Of a stretch of DNA of 64,000 nucleotides, positions 19,543 through 28,949 are shown piece after piece. The notes below the pieces were generated by a model. That model made no database searches. It was not told the origin of the DNA and worked only from the letters and a program-made list of their open reading frames with translations. A program made the translations under genes and the position numbers. This DNA is from an uncultured Planctomycetales bacterium. Lineage in GTDB: Bacteria; Omnitrophota; Gorgyraeia; Gygaellales; Profunditerraquicolaceae. The DNA lies in assembly GCA_964488935.1 (NCBI GenBank), contig CAZAVF010000001.1, positions 753 to 64,752 of the forward strand, written 5' to 3'. Positions within the stretch are counted from its first letter, which is position 1; every line of letters starts with the position of its first letter.

Positions 19543-20862
19543 TCATCTGTTGTTTTGTTTCGACAATTCCCTCTGTTTGATCCTCTGCACTTCTTCCGCC
19601 ACCTGCACCGGGGTTTTCTCCCCGATAACGATGGATTGTATCCCTTTATCCAAAGCCTCTATCACCGCCGGGAACTCGGAGACCCCCCACACGTTGGGAT
19701 GCGTGGAATTATCGATATCGTCGGCGAACTGCGCCAGCACTTCGGATATTTTCTTCAGGCTGTCCTTATTTGCCGGCAAATTAAGCGTGGTCTCCGCCAG
19801 GAACACCTGCTGTTCGCGGTCGGTAAGCCAGCGCAGGAACTTGACCGCCTCCTCTTTCCTCGGGGATCTGGCGTTGACCATAAAAGACGATCCCGCCCCT
19901 CCCCAGATCACCATGGGATACCTGGAACTTGCCGCCGGAGGCAGCATGGCGCCGAACTCCAGACCGGGATTCATGCCTTTATAGACGTTCACGCACCAGG
20001 ATCCGTTGAACGCGAATACGGCCTTCTCGTTGGCGAAAAGCTGCTCGGCGTTCTTGTTGACCATGGTCACCAGCCCGTTCGCCAGCACGCCGGAATCCTG
20101 CATCTGTTTGAATATCTCAAGAACTTTGATCCAGTCCGGATCGGTATAGGGCACCTCTCCTTTTATGGTGGCCAGCACTTTGTCTTTTCCCATGACATTG
20201 AAGGCGTAATTATTGGCCATGCAGTCGACCATCCAGACTTCCCCCCAACCGGATACAAGCCCCTGCACTCCTGAGGCCTTGATCTTGGGTCCCAAGGCAA
20301 GAAACTCCTCCAGGCTGGCCGGGGGCTTATTGGGATTGCCGCCCAGCTGCTTGAGCAGCTTCTTGTTGTAAACCATCTGGATTGTGGTTATGTCGATGGG
20401 CACGCCGTAGATACCGGGAGTGACCCCGTAGGTATTATCGGAGGAGAACTCGTTGACGGCCAGGGCCTTGGAAAAAAGGATATTTTTCCATTTGCCGTTG
20501 TCCGCCGACATGTACGGGGTGATGTCGAGTATGTGCCCCGCCTTGATGAAAGAGGAGAAATCGCGTTTTTCTCCCAGTATGCCGAAGATATCCGGCAGGC
20601 TCACGCTCTGCGCGGCGGCCCTGATCTTCTGGGAGTAGGCGTCGGAAGGGGCGTAAAGCTCAAAGGTGACCTTCACGCCGGTCAACTCTTCATACCGGCG
20701 GCTCAGCTCTTCGAACGCGGACTGGCGGTCGGTCATCCAGTGCCAGATGACCACGGAATTCTTATTCTCAACAGGCATGGGAGAGCACCCGCACAGGAAA
20801 AGCAGACTTAGAACGGAAAAAGCCGATAAACCTCTCAGACAGCCGGAGAATTTTGCCGCCAT
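19543..20862 (-). CDS. Extracellular sugar-binding lipoprotein of ABC transporter
   Basis: Lipobox LLFLCGCS after internal ATG preceded by GAGGAGG. SBP family 1 fold. Track ORF begins at an upstream GTG (20958). Confidence 0.8.
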   Translation of the reverse strand: MAAKFSGCLRGLSAFSVLSLLFLCGCSPMPVENKNSVVIWHWMTDRQSAFEELSRRYEELTGVKVTFELYAPSDAYSQKIRAAAQSVSLPDIFGILGEKRDFSSFIKAGHILDITPYMSADNGKWKNILFSKALAVNEFSSDNTYGVTPGIYGVPIDITTIQMVYNKKLLKQLGGNPNKPPASLEEFLALGPKIKASGVQGLVSGWGEVWMVDCMANNYAFNVMGKDKVLATIKGEVPYTDPDWIKVLEIFKQMQDSGVLANGLVTMVNKNAEQLFANEKAVFAFNGSWCVNVYKGMNPGLEFGAMLPPAASSRYPMVIWGGAGSSFMVNARSPRKEEAVKFLRWLTDREQQVFLAETTLNLPANKDSLKKISEVLAQFADDIDNSTHPNVWGVSEFPAVIEALDKGIQSIVIGEKTPVQVAEEVQRIKQRELSKQNNR

Positions 20863-21017
20863 TGAGCCTCCTCTCAAGCCGGAAATCTTGTGGTGTAACG
20901 GGATTTGCCGACAGTTATTTGGAACGCAGGCAGATTGAGTTGCGTTTAACTCTAACACAGGTTCATTATATGGTCAAGATTTTTATGCCCGGGAGGAACG
21001 GAGAGCCGCAGGACCCG

Positions 21018-21401
21018 TCAATGCAGCCTCATTATCCTGGAAAGATTCATGAATCCGGCATTCTCCAGATTGATCCCCATACGGTACCCGCCGGAGGACT
21101 CCTGCTTACTCCATACCACCCTGCCCCTGGCATAAACCGGCTGCCCCTGGTCGGGAACGTTCAGCCATATCTCCAGATCGGCGGAAGACGGCAGTTCCGA
21201 ACCGGAAAGTATTCCCAGTCCGTGAGCGCTGATATCGCTCGAGACCGCTTCACCGGAAACATGCGAATACAGATCGGTATACTTGACCGGGAACCGGACC
21301 GGGATACGCTCGAACAATCTCTGGTCTTCCGGACTTCCGTCGGGCTGTTCTATATATTCCATCCATCCCGGATCTCCCCGCGGCAGATCCGCCCTGAACA
21401 A
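21018..21401 (-). CDS. PilZ domain protein (c-di-GMP binding)
   Basis: RxxxR (QRLFERIPVRF) and D-x-S-x-x-G (SDISAHGLG) PilZ motifs. Confidence 0.6.
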   Translation of the reverse strand: MFRADLPRGDPGWMEYIEQPDGSPEDQRLFERIPVRFPVKYTDLYSHVSGEAVSSDISAHGLGILSGSELPSSADLEIWLNVPDQGQPVYARGRVVWSKQESSGGYRMGINLENAGFMNLSRIMRLH

Positions 21402-21711
21402 AATAATTCGACGCGCCGCGGCTTTCAGACCGCGGTTCGCCCAGATCTCGATACTGGGCGGCGGCTGTATTATCCCCGCGCCAAGGGCGCGGTTTCAGCG
21501 CCGTCGAAGTATAAAAGGCCGGCACGGCCCAGACTCCCCTTTGGAGTCGAGTCCTGAATTATACCGGGGTTTTATTCCGGCCCGATAGATTATAGCTTAC
21601 CGGGACGGGGAATGTCAACGTAAAACGGATCCGGGCATCCGGCTTAATTCCGGACGGTCCCTCAAAGATATCCGATCTGACCGTGGATGTAACGGAATTC
21701 CGACGAACGTA

Positions 21712-22077
21712 TCAACTATTCTGCCTTAGGACGTGCGCCACGCCTGCGGTGACCGGGTTGGAGAGACTTATGCCGGCGCGGAAATTATCCTTCCCCTCCT
21801 GCATAGTCCACATCACTTCGCCTTTTGTATAGAACGGCTGGTGTTTATCGGAAAGGAAAAGCCAGCAATCGAGGGAAGAGCCGCATGACAACGAAGACCC
21901 GGTAGACAATCCCAGTCCCCGTATGCTTACGTCGTTAACGGTCCCCGCGGATTGTCCCTGCGCGCCCGCCAAAGAGAATTTCAGCGGAAAGCTGACCGGG
22001 ATCCTTACAAAAAACCTTCTCTCGTTCTGGTTTGCCATAGTGGAGCCCCCCCCGGGAAAGCCTCTTCTTCTAAACAA
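21712..22077 (-). CDS. PilZ domain protein (paralog)
   Basis: ERRFFVRIPV and NDVSIRGLG motifs. Two candidate starts (22077 or MANQ at 22038) flank a C7/G7 homopolymer. Confidence 0.6.
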   Translation of the reverse strand: MFRRRGFPGGGSTMANQNERRFFVRIPVSFPLKFSLAGAQGQSAGTVNDVSIRGLGLSTGSSLSCGSSLDCWLFLSDKHQPFYTKGEVMWTMQEGKDNFRAGISLSNPVTAGVAHVLRQNS

Positions 22078-22139
22078 AAACCGGAAGAGTCACTTTCCTT
22101 CCGGCTGAATCCGTGGCTATCCCCGCTTTTTGAATGCGG

Positions 22140-22302
22140 GACTAGCCGGCTTAGAAAAGAGTTTTATTATCCTTTTGCAAAAAAAGTATAACTCGAACAA
22201 TTCCTTTTGTCAAGCACAAATCTTACTGAAATCATTTGACTTTAGTATTTAGATATGATATTTCTAAAGGGTATTTTTGATGAATAATCCAAGGAGGTAA
22301 CA
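22140..22302 (+). promoter_or_regulatory. AT-rich promoter region for ftsH-like operon, with RBS AAGGAGGT at 22291-22298
   Basis: About 160 nt at roughly 70 percent AT in a 60+ percent GC genome. TTGTCA and TTGACT -35-like hexamers. Strong SD 5 nt before ATG 22303. Exact -10 not assignable. Confidence 0.4.
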
Positions 22303-23988
22303 ATGAACCTGAAGAAAGTCTCCGTTTATGTGAAATTGAACTGGGTAAAGCTGCTGCTGGTCCTGCTGGCATTAACGATGGGGACGCTCACCGTGATCGC
22401 TTTGATAGTCGGTATGAAGGCCATGGCTGGGCTGGAATCCTTCTACAAACAGATGCAGCTTTCCATGATCCCGCTGCAGATATTCATCGCCGTGGTCACC
22501 GCTTTTGTCTTCGCCTCCATTTACACCGTCTTCCACTACTGGTTCTTCTTTGCCGGGGGGATGACGAAACTCGGGCAGAAAAAGATAAAAAGCGTGGAAG
22601 TGAACGTTAAATGGGACGACGTCATAGGTATGGACGAGGTCAAGCGGGAAGCCTGGGAAGTGGTGCAGCTGCTGAAAGACCGCACGAAACTGCAGCGCGT
22701 GGGCGGACAGATCGTGAAAGGCATACTGCTCTCCGGGGCGCCGGGATGCGGAAAGACCTATCTGGCAAAGGCGATAGCCACGGAAGTAAAAATGCCCTTC
22801 CTTTCGGTGGTGGGCAGCGAGCTGGAGGGCATCATAGTCGGGCTGGGGGCGGCCAAGATCCGCTCGCTGTTCAAGGAAGCGCGCGCGCTGGCCGAACTGC
22901 ACGGCGGATGCATAATATTCATCGATGAGATAGACTCCGTGGCCAGGCCCAGGAGGGATGACGCCGGCTTCGGGGGCCAGATGAGCGCCAACGCCGCCGT
23001 CAACCAGCTGCTCACGGAGCTGGACGGCCTGCGCAAAAAAGAGAACAACCTGGTGGTGATCGGAGCCACCAACGTGGACGAGAAGGACCTCGACCCGGCG
23101 CTGATGCGGGCCGGGCGTTTCGACAGGAAAATATACATCGGGCTCCCCGGGCTTAAAGACAGAGAGAATCTTTTCGGGTTCTATCTGAAAAAGGTGCGCT
23201 GCGGAAACGACATAAGCATCAGCCAGCTGGCGCGTAAAGCGGTCTATAAAAGCCCCGCCGATATAAACAATATCGTGCGGGAAGCCGGTATAATCGCCAT
23301 CCGCAACCATAAAGACAGCATCGGCATGGCCGAGATAAACGAGGCCATGGAAAGAATAGACATGGGCTTGAGAAAATCGCTGGAGCTCAGCCCGGCGGAA
23401 AAAGAACAGGTCGCCTATCACGAAGCCGGCCACGCCATCGCCGCCTACCTGCTCCACCCCACCGACGACGTGTTCAAAGCCACCATAATACCCCGCACCG
23501 TAGGCTTTCTCGGCTACGTCTATCACCGTTCGAAGGAAGAGATGCACATACACAATAAAGAATATTACCTGGCGAATATAAAAGTGGCGATGGGTTCTTA
23601 CGCCGCCGAAATGCTGAAGTTCCGCACCACCACTTCCGGGGTCGGAGAAGACATGCATCAGGCGGCTTTCTGGGCCTATAATATGGTCTGGTGCTGGGGA
23701 ATGGGCTCTTCCGGCATGAAGGGGAATTTCAAGGAATTGAACAAAAGTTTCTCCTCCTTCTCCGCGTGGTCGCAGATGAATTTCATTTCCGAGAGAACAA
23801 AGGAAAAACTGGACGAGGACGTGCAAAACATACTTTCACAATGCCTGCAGGAAGTGGAAGACCTGCTGAAAAAAGAATCCGCGCTGCTCGACCGTTTCGC
23901 CGGGGAATTGATCGCCAAGGAGGAGCTTGATTACGACCAGATAGAGGCGATATTCAAAGATTGCGGAAAAGAACGGATAAAGAAATGA
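22303..23988 (+). CDS. FtsH-family AAA+ ATPase / M41 zinc metalloprotease paralog (short periplasmic loop)
   Basis: 2 N-terminal TM, Walker A GAPGCGKT, Walker B IIFIDEIDS, SRH region ATNVDEKDLDPALMRAGRFDRKI, HEAGHAIAAY zinc site. 561 aa, which is shorter than canonical FtsH. Confidence 0.85.
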   Translation: MNLKKVSVYVKLNWVKLLLVLLALTMGTLTVIALIVGMKAMAGLESFYKQMQLSMIPLQIFIAVVTAFVFASIYTVFHYWFFFAGGMTKLGQKKIKSVEVNVKWDDVIGMDEVKREAWEVVQLLKDRTKLQRVGGQIVKGILLSGAPGCGKTYLAKAIATEVKMPFLSVVGSELEGIIVGLGAAKIRSLFKEARALAELHGGCIIFIDEIDSVARPRRDDAGFGGQMSANAAVNQLLTELDGLRKKENNLVVIGATNVDEKDLDPALMRAGRFDRKIYIGLPGLKDRENLFGFYLKKVRCGNDISISQLARKAVYKSPADINNIVREAGIIAIRNHKDSIGMAEINEAMERIDMGLRKSLELSPAEKEQVAYHEAGHAIAAYLLHPTDDVFKATIIPRTVGFLGYVYHRSKEEMHIHNKEYYLANIKVAMGSYAAEMLKFRTTTSGVGEDMHQAAFWAYNMVWCWGMGSSGMKGNFKELNKSFSSFSAWSQMNFISERTKEKLDEDVQNILSQCLQEVEDLLKKESALLDRFAGELIAKEELDYDQIEAIFKDCGKERIKK

Positions 23989-24830
23989 GCCGTCTCCGCG
24001 CGGCATTCCTGTCCGTCTGGTTTGCCTCCGTTCTATGCGGATGTTTCTCCCTGCAGCCCACCTATACCAGGGAAAAGTCGGCGGAGGCCGTGATAGCCCT
24101 CTGCCGCAGCGAATACGGCCTGAAAACAAACGCCTGGCTCTCCGGGGACACCCTTTACGTTTATCTGCCGGTGGCGTCGCTGACGACCACGGACAAGGAG
24201 CTGGCCGGCGTGATACAGAAGGATATAAACCGTCTCGTGATCGCCGCCACCCGGGTCTGTCTGAGCATGAATCCGCGCATGGAATTCCTGGTGATCGCCG
24301 TGACCGATACCAGGCAGCACGGAATAGAATACAGGATAGTCAATTACGTCGCGGACCTGGTCAAGCTGCAGTACAATGCCATCTCCAGGAACGATTTCGC
24401 GGCGCGCAGCATAATCTCGATAACCCAGAACCCGCTGGCCATAGGAGACGAAGAGGGAAAATACATTCTTAAGGAACCTCTCAAGAAAGCCGATTTCATC
24501 TGCTCCCTGATAACGCAGAGGATAGATTACGCCGCGGCAAAACAGCGGCAGAACGCGGCGGCCATGCCCCCCAAAGCTGCGGAAGTAAGTCTAACGGAGG
24601 GCTCTTTGACGGTAGCGCTGCTGCAGCCGGTTTCAGGGGATGCGGCGTCTGTGGCCTCCGCCGCCGGATTGAAAGAAGAGGCTCTGGCCGCGGCGGCATG
24701 GGTCATCAATGAATATGGTTTCCGGGATTTCGACACGTTGAAGATATCCGGCCCGCCGCCGGATAACGCCGGATCAGAATTCAACCGCAAAGCCCTGCTT
24801 TCTCATCTGCGGGAAGCAGTACGCAAATGA
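23985..24830 (+). CDS. Lipoprotein of unknown function, translationally coupled to ftsH-like gene
   Basis: ATGA start/stop overlap with upstream gene. Signal/lipobox FASVLCGC. No recognisable domain. Confidence 0.55.
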   Translation: MSRLRAAFLSVWFASVLCGCFSLQPTYTREKSAEAVIALCRSEYGLKTNAWLSGDTLYVYLPVASLTTTDKELAGVIQKDINRLVIAATRVCLSMNPRMEFLVIAVTDTRQHGIEYRIVNYVADLVKLQYNAISRNDFAARSIISITQNPLAIGDEEGKYILKEPLKKADFICSLITQRIDYAAAKQRQNAAAMPPKAAEVSLTEGSLTVALLQPVSGDAASVASAAGLKEEALAAAAWVINEYGFRDFDTLKISGPPPDNAGSEFNRKALLSHLREAVRK

Positions 24831-24862
24831 GATCCGGCGTATAAGATAGGATTCACCGCGGA

Positions 24863-25471
24863 TCAGAAAGAGACTTTCCTGCCGTTTACGCGCAGACGTC
24901 CGCGCAGAAAAAGGTCTATCGCCAGAGGATATATCCGGTGTTCGGCTTTATGTATCCTTTTCTCCAGCCCGGCAAGGCTGTCGTTTCTTCCCACCTTTAC
25001 CGCCTCCTGCATTATTACCGGGCCGTGATCGGTCTTCTCGTCCACGAAATGCACGGTCACTCCGGTGACCTTGACCCCGTATTCGAAGGCGTCTCGTATA
25101 GCGTGGGCCCCTTTGAAAGAGGGAAGCAGGGCCGGATGGATATTGATTATGCGGTTATGGTAACGTTTAACGAAAGCGGGGCTCAGTATGCGCATGAAAC
25201 CGGCGAGGACTATAAGGTTTATGCCTCCGCGGCGCAGCGCGTACAGGATCTCCGTCTCGAACGATCCCCGGGAGGAGAAGTCACCGCGGGAGACGATCAA
25301 GGTCCTTACCCCGGACCGCGCCGCTTTGCCGATGACCGGCGCCGCAGGATTGTCGCAGACCAAAAGCGCGATCTCCGCTCTCAACGCCCCGCTCTTCACC
25401 GCTCTAACTATGGAGAGGAAATTGCTCCCCGCGCCGGAAGCGAACACGGCTATCCTGGCTTTTCTTCTCAT
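24863..25471 (-). CDS. purN: Phosphoribosylglycinamide formyltransferase
   Basis: IAVFASGAGSN, INIHPALLP, HFVDEKTDHGPVI motifs. Start re-set to MRRKARI. Confidence 0.85.
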   Translation of the reverse strand: MRRKARIAVFASGAGSNFLSIVRAVKSGALRAEIALLVCDNPAAPVIGKAARSGVRTLIVSRGDFSSRGSFETEILYALRRGGINLIVLAGFMRILSPAFVKRYHNRIINIHPALLPSFKGAHAIRDAFEYGVKVTGVTVHFVDEKTDHGPVIMQEAVKVGRNDSLAGLEKRIHKAEHRIYPLAIDLFLRGRLRVNGRKVSF

Positions 25472-25491
25472 GAACTGCTCCCCGCGACTGC

Positions 25492-26277
25492 TTACAGAAC
25501 GGCTATCGCTTTGACCGGACACACCTCTACGCACTCCATACACGAAGTGCATTTAGCGTAATCTATGACCGCCAGGTTATTCTCGACCTTTATCGCCCCG
25601 TATTTGCACGTTTTCTCGCAGCGCCTGCAGGCAATGCAGGCGGTCTTGCAGTATCCCCGCTTGACCGCGGCGGTATCGGAAGAACGGCATGCCACGTAAA
25701 CCTTCTGTTCTTCCGTCCGGAGGGAAAACAGGTGCTTGGGGCAGGCGCTGACGCACTTTCCGCAGGCGCGGCATTTATCTTTATCGACGTGCGGGAGCCC
25801 GTCTTTCCCCAGATGGATGGCGTTAAAGGGACAGACCTTCGCGCATGTTCCCAGCCCTATGCAGCCCCAGGCGCATTTCTTCGGCCCCCCGAGAAGGGCG
25901 GCAGCGGCCCGGCAATCCTTTAAACCGGAGTAAATGTATCTCTCCTCCACGCCTGCGCCGCCGCGGCAATGCAGCACCGCGGTCCTTCTGGAGGATTTAT
26001 CAAGCTTCTTGCCCAGTATGGCCGCAATCTCGTTCTTTACCGTTTCGTCGCCGGCCCGGCAGGCGTCCGGGGAAAGCTCCCCTTTGAGGACCGCTTCGGC
26101 AAACCCGAAGCAGCCCGCGGCGCCGCAGGCCCCGCAATTGGCCCCGGGCAGCAGTCCCATTATCTTCTCCAGGCGCAGGTCGGTGTGCACGGCCAGCTTG
26201 CGCGAGGCGAAAGCCAGCCCGGCCCCGAACAGCACGCCGAGCTCACCCAATATCAATACCGCAGTCAATATGGCCAT
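25492..26277 (-). CDS. rnfB: Rnf complex subunit B (Fe-S, polyferredoxin)
   Basis: N-terminal TM, CxxCxxxC cluster, two 4Fe-4S ferredoxin domains. Confidence 0.85.
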   Translation of the reverse strand: MAILTAVLILGELGVLFGAGLAFASRKLAVHTDLRLEKIMGLLPGANCGACGAAGCFGFAEAVLKGELSPDACRAGDETVKNEIAAILGKKLDKSSRRTAVLHCRGGAGVEERYIYSGLKDCRAAAALLGGPKKCAWGCIGLGTCAKVCPFNAIHLGKDGLPHVDKDKCRACGKCVSACPKHLFSLRTEEQKVYVACRSSDTAAVKRGYCKTACIACRRCEKTCKYGAIKVENNLAVIDYAKCTSCMECVEVCPVKAIAVL

Positions 26278-26295
26278 ATGGATATTCCCTCCGGG

Positions 26296-26904
26296 TCAGA
26301 ACCTGAACCCGTTGAACCCCATGAACGAAAGGCTCATCAGCGAAGCGGTGACAAAAGCGATGGGGAATTCCCTGACCGCTTCCGGCACGCGTGAATATTC
26401 CAGCCTTTCCCTTATGGCGGACATCAAAAGCATGGCCAGAGTATAGCCTATGCCCACGCAGATCCCCTGAAAAACCGAGAATATGAAGCTCCCCGGCAAA
26501 GGTCTGCCCTTGCTGAAGAACATGTCCGTATTGAGCACCGCGACCCCGAGCACTGCGCAGTTGACCGTGATCAACGGCAGGTAGATGCCGAACACGCGGT
26601 AAAGCGCCGGCATGAACTTGCGGACAACCATTTCTACCAGCTGGACGCAGGAAGCTATGACCAGGATAAAAGAAATGGTGCGCAGATAAGCGAGGTTGAA
26701 TGGTATCAAAAGGTAATTATATATCGCCCAGGTTATGGCTGAGGACATGACGATCACGAAAAACACCGCCGAGCTCATGGCCAGGGCCGGGCGGGTCTCC
26801 TTGGAAATGGCGATGAACGAACACAACCCCAGGAAACGCGAAAGGATGACGTTGGAAACGAAGATGCTGGAAATAAAGATCGCCAGGAAATGTCCCGCGT
26901 TCAT
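26296..26904 (-). CDS. rnfA: Rnf complex subunit A
   Basis: FLGLCSF, YLRTISFILVIA, LPLITVNCAVLGVA (near-identical to RsxA core). Confidence 0.85.
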   Translation of the reverse strand: MNAGHFLAIFISSIFVSNVILSRFLGLCSFIAISKETRPALAMSSAVFFVIVMSSAITWAIYNYLLIPFNLAYLRTISFILVIASCVQLVEMVVRKFMPALYRVFGIYLPLITVNCAVLGVAVLNTDMFFSKGRPLPGSFIFSVFQGICVGIGYTLAMLLMSAIRERLEYSRVPEAVREFPIAFVTASLMSLSFMGFNGFRF

Positions 26905-27491
26905 CCCTTCCTCCCCTTCAGCAGATTAAAGAACCCCAGCATCCCCCCTATGACCAAAAGCGCCCCCGGGGGCAGGGCCATCATCAGCGCCGGCTGAAAA
27001 CCGGGAAGCACTGTATATCCCAGCAGTTGTCCGGAACCGAGCAGTTCCCTGACCGCGGAAATAAGCGCCAGCCCCAGGGTGAACCCGGCGCCCATCCCCA
27101 GAGCGTCCGCCAACGAAGCGGAGAGCGTCCGGCGGGAGGCGAAGGCCTCGGCGCGGCCGAGCACCATGCAGTTGACCACGATCAACGGGACATATATACC
27201 CAGGGACTTGTTCAACGCCGGGCTGTAGGCCTTCATCACCAGTTCGGCGATGGTCACGAAAGTGGCGATAATGATGATGAAACACGGTATGCGTATCTTG
27301 TCCGGCACCGCTTTCTTTATCAACGATACGATACAATTCGAGCCGACAAGCACGAAAGTGGCGGCGGCTCCCATGCCCAGCGCGTTGCTTACCGAAGTGG
27401 AGACCGCCAGCACCGGGCAGAGCCCGAGCGCCAGCACGAAAATGGGATTCTGTTTTATTATACCTTTAAGGAACTCGGATAATAATTTCAT
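26901..27491 (-). CDS. rnfE: Rnf complex subunit E
   Basis: LALGLCPVLAVS, LIVVNCMVLGRAEAFA. Track ORF has a 135-codon spurious 5' extension. Confidence 0.85.
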   Translation of the reverse strand: MKLLSEFLKGIIKQNPIFVLALGLCPVLAVSTSVSNALGMGAAATFVLVGSNCIVSLIKKAVPDKIRIPCFIIIIATFVTIAELVMKAYSPALNKSLGIYVPLIVVNCMVLGRAEAFASRRTLSASLADALGMGAGFTLGLALISAVRELLGSGQLLGYTVLPGFQPALMMALPPGALLVIGGMLGFFNLLKGRKG

Positions 27492-28435
27492 CTTGCCTTT
27501 CCCGTGCCGTAAATACGCCCGCGGGTATACCTGTCGATGAAAGGGGCAACGGCGTTCATTATCAGGATGGCGTAACACGTCCCTTCGGGATAGCCGCCCC
27601 ACAGCCTGATCACCACGGTCAACAGGCCGCATCCGGCCCCATAGATCAACTGCCCTTTGGCGGTCAAAGGAGAGGTCACGTAATCCGTCGCCATGTAAAA
27701 GGCGCCCAGCACCAGCCCGCCGGAAAGCAGGTAAAACAGCCAGTCCCCGCTGAACAGTCCGGAAGGTCCGAAAACATAATGCAAGATCCCGGCGGTCAAC
27801 AGATAAGACACCGGGATATGCCAGGTTATATATCCTTTGAGAAAAAGAAAGACCGCGCCGGCCAGCAGCCCCGCTATGCAGACCTCCCCTATACATCCGG
27901 CCTTGTTGCCCAGGAAAAGATCCAGGTAAGGATAAACCTGCTGGAGATGCCCCTCTTTCAGCGCGGACAACGGGGTCGCCGAAGCGACGGCATCGAAACC
28001 CGGGGCGCGGAAAGAGGTCATGTAAGCCGGCCAGGAGGCCATGAGGAACGCCCTTGCCGCGAGGGCAGGATTGAATATGTTCTGTCCCAGCCCGCCGAAG
28101 ATATGTTTCCCCACGGCGATGGCGAAAAAAGAGCCGACCGCCGGGATCCAGAGCGGGACTCCGGCGGGCAGGTTATACGCCAGGAGCAGACCGGTAAGGA
28201 AGGCGCTGCCGTCGGACAATGTGACCTGCCTGCGCGTCATTTTCTGCAGCAGCCATTCTGAAACGAGCGCTGCCGCGACGGCCGTGACGATAACGGCGAG
28301 GGCCGCATAACCGAAGAAATAGACGCCGGCCGCCCCCGCTGGAAGCAACGCCAGGCTGACGCTCCACATTATGCGCGCCGTGGACTCGCGCGCATGCAGA
28401 TGCGGCGCCGCGGCGACTATAAGCTTATTTCCCAT
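27488..28435 (-). CDS. rnfD: Rnf complex subunit D
   Basis: AAPHLH start, GGLGQNIFNPALAARAF, TDYVTSP, DRYTRGRIYG match RnfD/NqrB. Confidence 0.85.
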   Translation of the reverse strand: MGNKLIVAAAPHLHARESTARIMWSVSLALLPAGAAGVYFFGYAALAVIVTAVAAALVSEWLLQKMTRRQVTLSDGSAFLTGLLLAYNLPAGVPLWIPAVGSFFAIAVGKHIFGGLGQNIFNPALAARAFLMASWPAYMTSFRAPGFDAVASATPLSALKEGHLQQVYPYLDLFLGNKAGCIGEVCIAGLLAGAVFLFLKGYITWHIPVSYLLTAGILHYVFGPSGLFSGDWLFYLLSGGLVLGAFYMATDYVTSPLTAKGQLIYGAGCGLLTVVIRLWGGYPEGTCYAILIMNAVAPFIDRYTRGRIYGTGKAR

Positions 28436-28949
28436 TACGCAAGGCCTCCCTTACTTCGGCCGCTTTCAGGTCCACGGACGATATTACCGCCCGCGAAGAG
28501 ATCGTCGCCCCGGTTATCGCCTGCACCCCGGAGACCCGGGCCGCCTCCACGCCGCTGAACCTGCCGGTGAAAGATACTTCCGCCACTCTGCTTCCCAATC
28601 CGGGGGTCTCGTTCTGGTTGAGGATCTTTATCGCTTTTATCTTCGCCCCGGCGTCCATGCAGACCATGGTATCTATCATACCGGAATACCCCTTACCGGC
28701 GGCTTTGAACAAAACGCCCAGCAACCTGCCGCTTTTATCATAAGCCTTGTAAAAGAGGACCTCGTCGCCTTTACGTACCGGCGTGAAAGCCGCGGCCTCC
28801 GGCTGCAGCTCTTTCAACGCCGCTTCTTCCTCCAGGCCCGCCTGTGCCGCTATACGCGGGGCGGTGACGGCATTGACCGCCGCAAGAAGACCACCTGCCG
28901 ATAATGCTATGAGGCCCAAAATGAACGCGAACCTGAATATATCCCTCAT
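28425..28949 (-). CDS. rnfG: Rnf complex subunit G (FMN-binding)
   Basis: SGMIDTMV, ETPGLG, ITGATISS FMN-bind motifs. Start re-set (track ORF has 63 extra codons). GGAGG RBS. Confidence 0.85.
   Translation of the reverse strand: MRDIFRFAFILGLIALSAGGLLAAVNAVTAPRIAAQAGLEEEAALKELQPEAAAFTPVRKGDEVLFYKAYDKSGRLLGVLFKAAGKGYSGMIDTMVCMDAGAKIKAIKILNQNETPGLGSRVAEVSFTGRFSGVEAARVSGVQAITGATISSRAVISSVDLKAAEVREALRNGK

Noticed and set aside
9700-20274. Several 400-550 aa plus-strand ORFs (9700..10953, 13947..15173, 15239..16897, 18772..20274)
   Set aside because: Each lies opposite a minus-strand gene with clear family motifs (ROK, GH, CBM, ABC permease, SBP). No RBS, and the composition is typical of shadow frames.
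22372-23826. 484-aa minus-strand ORF
   Set aside because: Entirely antisense to the FtsH-like gene, which has unambiguous Walker, SRH and HEXXH motifs. It is a high-GC shadow ORF with no start context.
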